Positions 31,763-43,755 of a stretch of 44,333 bases of DNA are shown one piece after another. The position numbers were made by a program, and so were the translations under genes. Location of the stretch: the NCBI RefSeq assembly GCF_000760515.2, contig NW_013546500.1, positions 1-44,333 of the forward strand, given 5' to 3'. Within the stretch, counting starts at the first letter, position 1; each line of letters starts with the position of its first letter. Source of the DNA: Mitosporidium daphniae (taxonomy: Eukaryota). The notes under the pieces are model-generated. The model was given only the letters and a program-made list of their open reading frames with translations, did no database searches and was not told the DNA's origin.

Positions 31763-34756
31763 ATGGGGCCCAGCGGATCAAGTCCTTTTGCCGTGATAAC
31801 ATGTATTCCCTTTACCCCAATGTTAAATAGATATCGACATCAACGGGGCTTGGCCACTCATCGAGCCATTATTTACAAGGCTGCCATCGCAGTCTCTTAG
31901 CATAAATTGCCAAAATAGAGTTGTTTCTACAACTCTGCGGCTGCAATTCATAGACTACGAGTTGATAACATGGCAAGAAGAAGAGAGAACCTTATCCTCA
32001 TATCTTGAGCCCGTCATTTCGGTGTTGCTTTACAAGTTTGAGCACATGGAAAGGTATCTGTTTGTTTTACGTCAAGGTACAAGGATGGCGGCAAGGCGCT
32101 CATAAAAAAGGCCCTGGACAAGTTTTCTAGCAAAATGATTGAGAATTCGCCAATTCTTTTCGTTCTTGTCAGCGGGAAAGACAAATTTACCACAAATATG
32201 CTTCTTTCCAGGCTGCATACGGATTGGCGGGCTTCTTCTCGCCACATCCACAGCCTTCAAATCCCGAAATCCGGAGGCACAATTGAAAAGTTTGTCGAGG
32301 AAACCTTGAATCCGATTGTTGCGCAGGGGATTGAAAAGCGAATTCTTTATTTCAATGCCAATAACAGCATGCGGGCTGGGAACATTATCCAAAAAGTAGT
32401 TCTTTTATCTCCCTTCATGTAGGATAGCTATGCACTTTTCCTGCAAGTGGTTGGGGATTACGATGGCGCAATTTCGATCCTAGATTCTTTGGGCTGTTTT
32501 CCAATCCAATTTAAGTTTGGAAACATCTGGGAAAAGACCTTCGATATTCTTGACCCCGAAAGCTACATATCAAAATTCCGTCGACACTTTATTTCACACA
32601 CTCAAGAAAATGGTGAAGGTGTGCCAATATACATCTATTGGAGGACCATCCATCTCGAATGCTTGTCATTGTGTAAAGAACCTGAACAGCCAGTAATCAA
32701 CGAGTCCATACCATCGAAGAGGCGGGGCGATTCTAAGAACGCGCTGTTCAGCATTTGCAGAAGAGTTGCATTACTGTTTGAATCGACCAGACAGACAAAT
32801 AATGAGGCCATTTACGATCTTTTGAAATCGATAATCGATATTTTTCCGTGCCAAAACCAGCAACTGGCTATACTTTATAGCTGGGCCATCCAGCACCTAT
32901 CGTTGGAGTCAAAGACCAAGGACCGTAATAATGTTCTTTTGCTTTTGGTATGGTGTTTATTTAACCTGTAGGATTTATATGGAAAAGGCATTGACATTGC
33001 AAGTGCTTATAATTTAACCAGAGAAGCATCACTGCTTTTGGAAAAGGTTGCTTTCCAGTACTTGGCTTTTGGAGACTGGAATGTAGGCATTTCCATCTGC
33101 GAAAAGCTGCTATCGTACTATTCTCGCCTTGAGGGCTGGTGGGAATTTACAGGTGCCAGAATCAACCGGCAAATCGCCACCGAAGCGGTCTCAAATGGCC
33201 GTGGAGTTGAGGAGTTAGAACAGGTTCTTTTGAACCTTATAAAGGACGAATCATGGGAAGCTTGCCATCGCGTCATTGAAAAAATCAACAGTATTGATGG
33301 CCATGTTACAATTCAAAAATTGTCCAAAGGCGTTGTTGAAATATCGGATTTTTATTCTATCGATTGGGATGGGTCCGTTTTATCTTTTAGAGCCCTCGTC
33401 AATTCTAAGCTACACATTCTGGAATCTAAAATATCGTTAATATTTACCTCCATCGATGGAGGCGAAGACTTTGTCTTTGAGGGAAAAGCAGTCTTTAGCA
33501 GAAACTTCAATCCCGATTTAGAGGCCACGGAGGCACCTTTGTTTGATCCTATTTTGGCAAAAAATCTAGATCGCCCAACGGCCGGCATATGTTTCCAATT
33601 TAATTGCCACTCCTTTTTTTCAGGGTCTCTTTATAAATTGTTAACCCTTTTGCCAAAGAAAAGTTCCATTGAGATCGGCCATATACGGTTGGATTTTGAA
33701 TCGGCTATTCACTTTGAAAGGATAAATTTTAACGATTTACTTGTCAATTTAATACACGAGAGGATCAAGATAGTTTCCAAAAATATTTGGAACCGATCCA
33801 TCGTGCCTGTTCTGTTTTCTTCGCAAAGGAAAAACAAGACCTCTCCCTTCCTCCCAGATCTAATCGCCGCGTGTTGCTTCAGTAGGCCACTGCATAGCTA
33901 TGTGAGTGAAATGCTTTGGGTTGCGTCTTCATCGGATGGATTGCTTCTAAATGAAATATATCAGAAAATGGCCTCAAGCTACCCATTATATTCGTACAAC
34001 ATCAAAGCAGTCACTTCAAAGAGCTTCAAGTAGCTTTTGATTTTCATCTCCTAGGTCCGTAATTTGGATTTTGAACTTGACCCCCCTATCAGACACCTTT
34101 AGAATTTTAGGTCCAAAATGGCTAACTTCCATTTCTGATAATGAAGAGTTGGCTATCAATGAGGTCGATTTCGACTCGGATTTTTTTGCCATCACACAGC
34201 CAGTCCGCTGGATGCATACAACAGCAATCGATACTTGTTCCGACATAGTTGCATGCTTCAGAATTGAGAATGCATATCTGAAATGTATCCATTACATCAA
34301 AGAGAAATATGATCCACCCATGGTACCGCATTTACGGATTTATCCTAGGTTATTGTGCGAGCGTGGGTACAATTGGAAGATGCAACGAAGAGTTCTGTGG
34401 CCGAAAAATCTCTTGTGCCCTTCAATTTAATGGTCAAAGTTTGGTGGGGCCAACGTCTTAAAGACTGCGGCCGTTGTGCATCATCTGTCATCGTCACCAT
34501 TGGTGATTACCACGACTCTTGGGAGCTCATTGAAAAGAGTCCCCAAATTCATATTCCATTGGACCCGTTGCGCATTGAAAGTCTTTTTACTTGTCGATTC
34601 CGATCTTTGATATGTGGCGCGCGTGGGAGTTACGCTCCACTTCCAAAGGCCGTATATTTTTTACAAAACCCCGACCAAGAGCATCCTAGTAGCGACTATC
34701 AAATACAATTTGAGGATGCAACACGTGCAGATTTGAAGCTTTTAATCGATTTTTAA
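31763..34756 (+). CDS. TRS130: TRAPP II subunit Trs130/TRAPPC10, multiple micro-introns
   Basis: Spliced N-terminus VITYIDINGAWPLIEPLFTRLP; YYSRLEGW; ORFs 32135-34756 joined by short GT-AG introns. Confidence 0.75.
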
Positions 34757-35445
34757 AACCCTCCTCAATCTTTCGGCATTTGAATTTTGGTCTGCTTCAC
34801 AGTCTGACGTCAAATTGAGGATTGGGATGTGTGGGGTTTCTTTGAATGCCTCGTGTGCTTCTTCCAAAAGCACCTGCATGATCTCGCATTCGATGTTTTC
34901 TCTGATTTTCTGTGGAGAGTATTTCCTAAAAATACTCGCAATGCATAGGTACCTGTTTGCCAGACGATCATAAAGAACGGTATTATTTGTGCTTAAAACG
35001 ACCACAAGATCTATCAAGGAGGAGGGGATAATGTTTGCCACCGAGTGGAAATCAATCAAGTTTCCGCCAGACGAAATCATTTTGGAGAGGCCTTTGCGAA
35101 CCTATTTTCTATCATCATAAAAAGATACTTTATAGTCGGAGAAGATCAGAGAATCCATTTCTTCGTCATAAGAAGAATACCATTTGTTGCGTTTTATTTC
35201 TTCACTCACATTTATATGGTTGTAATCGCCACTTGACACGAGCTCACACAGCGTTGTTTTTCCAGTACCCGGGGTTCCCGTAATAAGGATATTAGGAAGA
35301 CTTCGTCCATTGCTGTTTGCCTCACAAAATACTAGTGTTGATTGCGTATGAAAATACCTTTGCACGAAATGTCGTCTTTTTCTGTTTGTGATACCTGGTT
35401 TACTATAAACGGGTTCTGCTTGAGCTTGGAAATTAATCTGGCCAT
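34742..35445 (-). CDS. FAP7: adenylate kinase 6 / Fap7, 3 introns
   Basis: PNILITGTPGTGKTT, LIDFH, IDLVVVL..NNTVLYDRL, KIRENIECEIMQVLLEEA. Confidence 0.95.
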
Positions 35446-35533
35446 TTAAAAAATCAAGATTGAGGCCTACTACAACGCACGCTTAACCCTAGCCCAAATT
35501 TTAAATTAAAAATGCCAACAACTCGGACATCAT

Positions 35534-35560
35534 GATGATGATGATGATGATGATGATGAT
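35534..35560. repeat. (GAT)9 microsatellite
   Basis: Direct inspection. Confidence 0.95.
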
Positions 35561-35809
35561 CCCACATTTGCGTAACTAGTGGGGCTGGATTGCAATTTCG
35601 TCGTGTCGATTGTTGTTTGATTTAACTTCAAATCTGCCGCAGTTGAGATCAGTTGTAGCCTCCAGCTTGATGGTCTTTTTGCTTATGAATTTGACCGATT
35701 CTTTGGATGATTAATGCACACATTGTGCTTCTGGAACTTCAGAAGGTGCATGCTTTTTTCGGATTTCTACGGATGTGGCTTTGCTTTTGTGGTTTCTGCA
35801 ATTGCAATT

Positions 35810-35876
35810 GTTATATTTTTGCGCCTTGAAGGTTATACTTTTGCGCCTTGAAGGTTATACTTTTCTGCTTTGGAAG
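35810..35876. repeat. 22-nt tandem repeat, 3 diverging copies
   Basis: gttata(t/c)ttttgcgccttgaag x2 plus gttatacttttctgctttggaag. Confidence 0.85.
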
Positions 35877-36630
35877 GCTGTTGTCTTCTACCCACATTAA
35901 TTATGGTATCCCTTGTTCAAACGCTGGATAAAATGCTAGGATAATTTTAGCTGGCAATGTATTCTTAATGCTTGGTGCGCCTTTCACGACAGAAAATGTG
36001 CAGTACAATTTGCTGATCGTCAGGTGTTTTTAAATATTTATGTTTTCCGAATAAAGCCAAAATAAACGCGAATCATTGTGCCGGAAATCCGCTTCCCATT
36101 TCAAAAAAGGCTCAAAGCCGTATAAACGCCTTTGCGGGACCCAATGCGTATCAAGTGCCATATGGTAATACGCAGTAAAGTTCTTCTAAATAAGCCATTC
36201 TTCAATTTCGTGCTTATAATAGGTCTTTTGGTCAAGAAGATCTGCGAAAGAATTTAAACGACGAGATGGCAGAAATCGCACAACTTGAAGTTCAGAAATT
36301 AGGGCATTTGCAAACCCCGGGGTTTTGATCTATTTTCGATCAAAACTTCAGCCATTCACGCAAACACCGAACTCCGAACCGCCATTGAAAGGACGCTTAC
36401 CGCTTCGACCATGCAGAATTGGGCGTCAGAAAATTGCTCAAAAACATGCAATAAATAGCATGCACATAAATTGGCGGTTTGCACAAGGTCCTGCCAACGC
36501 CAGTGTTTTTAATAGCTTTAACCACACCTGCAAAAGCTATTGCTACGAGCGATTTGAACGCATTTGATTTAAAATTTAACAACATTTAAGTTGCAAGGGC
36601 CCCATATTTAATTTACCTCATCAGTTTATA

Positions 36631-38117
36631 ATGTTCCCTCCATTGGCTTCCAAAAAATCATCCAGGGTAGCGTATTACTACGATCGTATGTGGTTTCTTT
36701 GCTAAACATTGTGTAGCTGATATTGGAAATTTTTATTATGGCCCGGGGCATCCTATGAAGCCTCACAGGATTAGAATGACCACCTCTCTTTTGATTAACT
36801 ATGGCCTTTTCTCAAAGATGGATGTTTTTGTAAGCATTCTTATAACTTCATCCCCATGTATTAGAGACCCCCCAAAGCATCTATCGAGGATATGACAAAG
36901 TTCCATTCTGATGAATATATCTCTTTCCTTAGCAGAGTCACTCCCGAAAATATGCATTCGTTTTCCACCCAGCTGGAGAAATGTAAGCCCCATGGGGAGA
37001 ATTTTCATTTTCTAGTCAATGTTGGGGAAGATTGTCCAGTTTTTGAGGGCGTCTATGATTATTGCCAAATTAGCGCTGGCGGCTCTATTGCGGCAGCAAT
37101 GAAGCTAAACCATGGACACACCGACATCGCCATAAACTGGGCTGGCGGGCTGCATCACGCAAAAAGGCAAGAGGCATCTGGGTTTTGCTATGTCAACGAC
37201 ATTGTTTTGGCCATCCTCGAGCTTTTGAAATACCACAAAAGAGTTCTTTACATCGATATCGATGTGCACCATGGCGATGGGGTTGAGGAGGCCTTTTATA
37301 CGACCGACCGAGTTATGACAGTGTCTTTTCATAAATGCGGTGAATTCTTTCCCGGAACTGGCGACATCAAGGTACCCCATTGATCATCTTAGGGTTAGGA
37401 TATCGGCTACAGACGCGGGAAATACTACTCCATAAACTGTCCTCTTCGCGATGGCGTCACCGATGAATCTTTCGCGAGCATTTTTGAGCCTGTCATTTCT
37501 CATGTGATGCAATGGTATCAACCGAGCGTGATTGTCCTCCAATGCGGAGCTGACTCTCTTGCAGGAGACCGTCTTGGTTGCTTTAACCTGTCATCGTCGG
37601 GCCATTCAGATTGTGTCGCGTTTGTTAAAAAATTCAATATCCCTCTGTTGCTTTTGGGTGGCGGCGGGTACACGATAAGAAACGTCTCCCGGGTGTGGAC
37701 CCTGGAGACCGCAATCGCCCTTGGAGAGACTATTTCGGATGGTATTTTTGATGTGCCTTTATTTTAGAACTCCCCTACAACGACTATTTTGAGTACTTTT
37801 CACCAGACTATTCGCTATCCGTGCCCGCCTCTAATGCTACCAACTACAATACCAGAGAGTATTTAGAAAAATGCACCTCCATTATTATTGAGAACCTAAG
37901 ACAGACACAATTTTGCCCCAATGTCCAACAACAAGGTAGCTTGATATTTTAATTTCCAGATATTCCTTCAGATTACTTTACCGACTCTGCATCAGAAGCA
38001 GATGAAAACTACGAAGAAGAGGAGCAGGAAAGAGAGAGAAAGAAAAATTTTTACAGGAAAAAACACATGTTAAATGACGAAGGGCAGCACATCTATGTCG
38101 ATGATGATGATATTTGA
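36631..38117 (+). CDS. RPD3: class I histone deacetylase Rpd3/HDAC1, 6 introns of 24-35 nt
   Basis: [71 protein letters not shown]; introns 36686-36716, 36830-36864, 36983-37015, 37372-37398, 37742-37767, 37936-37959. Confidence 0.97.
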
Positions 38118-38333
38118 TTAGTTGGATAAAATTTGTAAATTTAATTTGAGCCTGGTCCAGTCCGGCCCAATCCAATTGAGCCTGGTTTGGAGTGGGCTTC
38201 GCCTAACCCTAAATCCCATTTATTTGAATTTAATGGGCCATATTCGTAATTGTTTAACACCTTGTTCCCATTGGATGCAAGATTTATGGCGGTGCAAAAC
38301 AGCATGTAAAATGCTAGCAAATTTCTCGCTGCA

Positions 38334-38712
38334 ATGAATGCTCAAAAGTTCCTTTTTCTGATGGCGTTGCTTACCATCTTTTCTCGCTCTTAAATTCATG
38401 CTGCTCAGAGTGGAGGCGCTACTTCCCGAAATCAACACGACGAGGCTGGAGCTACTTCTCTTGGGGCTATACTTTCTGCAAAAACTGGTGTTGACGGAGG
38501 TATATCAGAAATAGAAAAAACACACTATAACACGATGAATCTGGACATCAATATTTACGGGTGAAAACATTGAAACACGTGTTCTTGAAAGATATGCGAG
38601 CAAAGATACATTACGAAAAGCCTGGGTTGAAGTGTCACCTTTTTTCCATGGTAGCAAAGTATTCAGTGAGCTTACATCCCATGAACATGGTTCCTCTCAT
38701 GGAAAGCGTTGA
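38334..38712 (+). pseudogene. disrupted gene for a secreted protein
   Basis: MNAQKFLFLMALLTIFSRS*IHAAQSGG...: signal-peptide-like start with in-frame TAA at 38391, then a frameshift near 38560. Confidence 0.45.
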
Positions 38713-38827
38713 ACGCTTTTGATATTCTTCTCAAGATATAAGCAACTCTTTCGTGGGGAACAATAAGAACTCCCATCTCTTTCTGATGGGAGGCTTAGGC
38801 TTTTATTCCAAAGCAGTTTCGAAAAAT

Positions 38828-38858
38828 GGACTAAACGGACTAAACGGACTAAACGGAC
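38828..38858. repeat. 9-nt tandem repeat (GGACTAAAC)x3
   Basis: Direct inspection. Confidence 0.9.
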
Positions 38859-39329
38859 GTCACCACCCATGGATTACTGGCATAAATCTTGGCCCTTTAA
38901 ACGGAAGCAAGGATGCATTGAATTCTAAATTGCGTGTTGCAATTTTCTTCTTTCCTGTTTATATCGTTTCTTTGAAGACATCTTATCCTGCGCCCCTTTA
39001 CTTGAATATAATAACTCTTTCTTCAAATCGAACCCCGTTTAGCCATTTCTATTTTCATTGTTTAATGTTGCTCCACTTCGAGTAAAAATATTCTTAGCAG
39101 ATGGAGTTAGCTGATAATATGGGATTATACCAACAAGAAAGCAACATATGAGCATCTTTGAAAGTACTGGTAATATTTTTTTTGAAAAGTAACCGACTGC
39201 ACCGACAGATGCACAGCTTTCATTCTCTTTCGTATTCAATGGCTGCGAAAATCAATTTTTAGTGCAAAAATTATAAATGTCTGTTGAAAAGAGCCAAACA
39301 GTTGCAAAAGGCTTCATTATCGCACCAAT

Positions 39330-40619
39330 ATGCGAATGTCGCTAAATAGCAGATTTTATCAAATGGCTTCTTGTTTTGAAAAATACTTAATTAGGCACAA
39401 GATCTTTTATCTGCTTCTCGGATTTCAATTCTACGTTTGCTATTACTTTCGTGGCCAGTATTTCAAGCATGTTCTCCACATTAATGAGAGCAAGTTTGCT
39501 GGCTTTTCTGCTGGCATTTCTCTGCTCACCTTTTTTGCCTCTTTTTTTTGGACCCGAATAGCCGATCGGTACGAAATTCACAAAAGTATGCTGCTTGTCT
39601 TTGCTTTTCTCTCTTCTGCAGCATTTTCTGCCCTATCTTTCAGTGGATTTTCCGCTCCAACATGCATGACCCTCGCTGGCCTTTATGTGCTGTTTGGCAT
39701 GGCTATGCCACCCCTTGCTGATAAGATTATTTTGGACGACCTTGCTGCAAAAGGATTATCCAAGGACCTTTATGCAAGACAAATGGTATTTGCCATCGTT
39801 TCCTACGGGGTCGTTACACTGGGAATTTCTTATTTTATTCATCTCTGCGGGTATCACGTTATTTTTCCCTTTCTTGCCATCTTTACTGCGTTGTTTATGG
39901 TGTTTACTTTTTTTTTCATGAATGTACCCAAGGGCGATCATTGTGCTGCAAAGGAATGTGGGCGTGCAACCTCAATTCAAATTCCGAAAGGAAAGTCGAA
40001 CGTAAGCCTCTTGAGGCATGTGTTCAACTTGGACTATTTGTTCTTTCTTTTCGTTATTCTGGCTAATGGATTTTCGCGTTTCTTCATGAGTTTTTTCCTG
40101 AATCTCTATTTGACTGAAACAGTTTCGATGACGCCAATCCAATCTGCATGTTCTGCCATTTTTGGCATACTGCTTGAAATATTCATGTTCACTCGGGCAA
40201 AATTTCTTCTAAATAAAGTTGGCATCTATTGGATGCTGACTTTGGGGCAACTTGCCATGGTTATTCGGCTGTGGATGTATTACATACTACCGTCCAAAGT
40301 TGAATATCTTTATGTCTTTTTTATAGTCGAGCTACTCAAAGGCACCAATCTGGGGTTTGTCCAGCCTTCGGCCGTTAAACTTTCATCAATGTATGCGCCA
40401 AAGGGGCTTGAAGGGACCTTCCAGGGCATATATTTTGGTGTGTTTAGCGGGCTTGGCGGATTTCTTGCCGGACTGTATGCCAATCGGTATTTAACTGACT
40501 CAAATTTCAAAATTCTGCTTTATCATGTCTCCATGATCATGACAATCGTTCTTTTGCTATATATTTTAAGATACATTGTTTATGAAAAGTTTAAGAAGCT
40601 CAAAACCATTCCAAATTAG
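39330..40619 (+). CDS. MFS transporter (MFS_1_like/NupG-related), about 12 TM, intronless; start may be 39363
   Basis: FWTRIADRY (motif A variant), PLADKIIL, YARQ, GILLEI.MF, RLWMY, VELLKG, APKGLEGTFQGIY.G...GLGG. Confidence 0.9.
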   Translation: MRMSLNSRFYQMASCFEKYLIRHKIFYLLLGFQFYVCYYFRGQYFKHVLHINESKFAGFSAGISLLTFFASFFWTRIADRYEIHKSMLLVFAFLSSAAFSALSFSGFSAPTCMTLAGLYVLFGMAMPPLADKIILDDLAAKGLSKDLYARQMVFAIVSYGVVTLGISYFIHLCGYHVIFPFLAIFTALFMVFTFFFMNVPKGDHCAAKECGRATSIQIPKGKSNVSLLRHVFNLDYLFFLFVILANGFSRFFMSFFLNLYLTETVSMTPIQSACSAIFGILLEIFMFTRAKFLLNKVGIYWMLTLGQLAMVIRLWMYYILPSKVEYLYVFFIVELLKGTNLGFVQPSAVKLSSMYAPKGLEGTFQGIYFGVFSGLGGFLAGLYANRYLTDSNFKILLYHVSMIMTIVLLLYILRYIVYEKFKKLKTIPN

Positions 40620-40668
40620 CAGGCACAAAATAAAACATTAAATACTTCAAAAAATAGAATTAACCATT

Positions 40669-40740
40669 TGCGTCAGCCGGGAATCGAACCCGGATCTCAT
40701 GCTTGGAAGGCAGGAATGCTAACCATTATACCACTGACGC
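40669..40740 (-). tRNA. tRNA-Gly (TCC)
   Basis: GCGTCAG acceptor stem, TGGTATAATGGT D-arm, CT-TCC-AA loop, GGTTCGATTCCC T-arm; T6 Pol III terminator about 15 nt downstream. Confidence 0.96.
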
Positions 40741-40813
40741 ACAGACTGGGAGTTATAATTAGCATAAATAATATATTTCAACAATATATCAATCAAGACA
40801 ATTTGGGAAGGAC

Positions 40814-42083
40814 ATGCTTTGCCTTTCTAGGTGTGTTAAAAGATCTTTGTCTCTTTCTCTTGGCGATTCGTTCTTTTTAGAGGCCAATTTGAAGAATACA
40901 TGTTCCAAGAAAAAATCAAATATGTGCTCAGCGATTCAGAATGCTTTGGAAATTTCACTGGAGCAAGAGAAAAATAGTGGTAATGCTTTATTTGACTGAG
41001 TGCCTTAAGTTGTGTTTGGAGAGGATGTGGCCTTTGGTGGTGTCTTTAGATGCACCGTTGAATTGGCGGAAAAGTTTGGGAAAAAAAGAGGTTTCAATAC
41101 CCCACTTTCGGAACAAGGTTCCATTTTCCGAATGATGCATGGTTTTAGGAATTGTTGGGTTCGGAATTGGACTGGCAGCTCAGGGAACCACTGCCATTGC
41201 TGAGATACAATTTGTGGATTACATATTTCCTGCGTTTGATCAGGTATCAGTGTGCTATTGTGTATAGATCATCAGATTGTCAACGAAGCAGCAAAGCTAA
41301 GATATAGATCAGGAGGTGACTTCAACTGTGGGAAACTCACAATAAGAGCCCCATACTCTGCAGTTGGCCATGGCGGCCACTATCATTCGCAGAGCCCTGA
41401 AGCATACTTTTCGCATTGTCCCGGGATCAAAGTAAGTTTGTCATCTGACTCATTTAGATCGTAACCCCACGAAGCCCAAGCCAGGCAAAGGGACTATTAA
41501 GGGCGTCCATTTTAGACCCTAACCCGGTGATATTTTTCGAGCCAAAGATTTTATACAGAACATCAGGTTGAATCGACCAGTTGACAATTTGTAGTTGAAG
41601 AAATCCCCATTGATGACTATACACTGCCACTTGGCAAGGCTGAAGTTGTGGATGAAGGTAATAATCGCACATGACGTGGGTATAGGAAACGATGTAACTC
41701 TTGTTGGTTGGGGGGCGCAAATAAACGTCCTCAAAGCGGCATCTTCGATGGCCAAGACAGAGCTAGGAGTTTCTTGCGAGCTTATCGATTTGAGAACAAT
41801 ATCTCCATGGGATTTTGAAACTGTGGAAAAGGTATGCACCCCACTTAAAAAATAGTCTGTAAAAAAGACCGGAAGGCTTGTGATTTCTCATGAGGCCCCT
41901 GTTACTTCTGGATTTGGGGCTGAAATTGCAGCCACGATACAAGAAGCGTGTCTTCTTAGCCTGTGTGCGCCCATAAGAAGGGTTTGTGGCTGGGACACCC
42001 ACTTTCCACTTATCTTTGAAAAACTATACTTGCCAAATGCATATAGATGCTATGATGCCATTAAAAGAGCCATCAGCTATTAA
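40814..42083 (+). CDS. BCKDHB: branched-chain alpha-keto acid dehydrogenase E1 beta, 7 micro-introns
   Basis: [83 protein letters not shown]. Confidence 0.95.
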
Positions 42084-42136
42084 ACGAATGGGCGAAAAAA
42101 TCTCATTTTAAATATTGCTTTTAATAAATAGGACGA

Positions 42137-43560
42137 CTAGACACCGTCATGGTCTCCAACAAGGTCTGCATTGTACTGCTCGTAATCGGCATGCTCGTCA
42201 TCATCATATTCGATCGAAATTAAAGACGTCAAGGTTCTAAATGAAAGGGCAAACAAGCGATAGCGCCAGCCAGAATACAAGGCTTTCAGGCCTTCCTCGT
42301 TGTAAATCCGGAATATGGTATCCCAAAGACCATGATAAGGCTTCGGAGACAAATATGTGCCAACGATAAATGGACGAACTACGGATAATCTTCTAACTAG
42401 AATTGGTTCTGCGTTCGATGAGGGCGAAATTCCGGACCAGTAGTAAAATGGCATCAACGAGGCGCCCGCAGTAGAAGAGCGGTTGTTCTCAACAAACAGT
42501 TTATTTTGAGGAGGTCTGAATTGCGCCATAAGCCTTAATCTTGAAATATGAAAGGGCTGAAATATCGCTACTTGAACACCATCCAGCAGGAAGGGAAGAC
42601 AGATCGATACTGCCAAAGTAACCCATGATGAAATGTTAGCATCTTCTGCAAGGAAGACTGATATCAATTTTGAGAGGAAAAAGTTTCTACAAATACCGAA
42701 CACAGAGGAAGATAAGTAGAACAAGGATGTGGATAGCCCAAGATACCGGTAAACCGAGCAAAAGATCCCGCCCTCCTCGTTGTACATTCCAGCCAGACAA
42801 GAAAGTATTGAATTGTACTTTTTCTCGGTTGGCATTCTGCTTTGGATAACGCACCTACTATAAGAAAGTGCGATCAATACCTAACATTGCTAATTTCCAG
42901 AGGAAGCAAAATCAGTGACGAAGAAACAGTGGAAATGAGCTCTGAAATAATCTCAATGTTCATATCTGTGAGAGACAAAAAATTTTCGAAAAGAAAAGAG
43001 TCTATTAGTATGGAGAGCGACCGTTTAAAAAAAGACCTGGAGAAGGAGTAAAAAATAGAGCTGGCAAGGCCTCGGAAAAGAACAGACACGCCAAAATGGA
43101 CCGATAAAATTTTCATAACCAGCGGCAAAGAACAGGAGGTCAGATCAACTGATGTTATTCCTTTTGAGCCAACAATAACGGTAGATAAAAGAGACCCATC
43201 TTCTAACACACACGTCCCAATGACCTTCTCCTTTGGGGCCTCTACATATCCGAGACTATCAACCGGCAGCGGCAATGGGGACGGTGCAATTTGTGAGGTT
43301 TCTTGACAATAAGCATCGGCTTCCAAAAGACGGGTCTCTAAAGGCTCTTCAGAGGGAGGCGATGGGCAAATGTCATCGATTGACTTTTTCGAAAGGACGC
43401 TGGGAGTATATTGAACCTGCTGAAATATTAATGCAACTTGGAAGGGGTTCGATACTATATAGGGGAAAAGAAATAGCCCGAATTTGTATAAAAAGACAGG
43501 ATAATTAGACGTCCTGATTTCATATTCATTTTCCAGTTCACTGTCAACAGAATGATACAT
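42137..43560 (-). CDS. UGO1: Ugo1/SLC25A46-like mitochondrial outer-membrane fusion protein, 1 intron (42855-42880)
   Basis: Degenerate carrier motifs NPFQVA...QVQY, LPLEI..VR, QPFHISRLRLMAQ, YHGLWDTIFRIYNEEG..ALYSGW. Confidence 0.75.
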
Positions 43561-43579
43561 TTTTCAAAAATTGATGATC

Positions 43580-43743
43580 TAGGGTTAGATTGACCCTAAA
43601 CCGACGAAAGGCATGTAGAAATGATTAATCTTTGGCCAAATATTTAGGCATAGGGTTACAAATTATTGATCTTTCGGTTAGGGTTACAAATTATTAATCT
43701 TTACCTGTACTTTCAAGCATAGGGTTACAAAGTATTAATTTTT
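43580..43743. repeat. TAGGGTTA-containing repeats in the UGO1/CCDC137 divergent promoter
   Basis: TAGGGTTACAAA(T/G)TATT(G/A)AT(C/T)TTT at 43651, 43679, 43720; TAGGGTTAG at 43580 and ACCCTAAA at 43593. Confidence 0.85.
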
Positions 43744-43755
43744 ACTTATTTACCG

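Noticed and set aside
35530..35570. Poly-His or poly-Asp coding tract from (GAT)9
   Set aside because: Surrounding frames are short or closed; treated as a microsatellite
43651..43743. Spaced direct repeats resembling a CRISPR array
   Set aside because: Eukaryotic context, irregular short spacers, no cas genes; likewise for the repeats at 19722 and 35810
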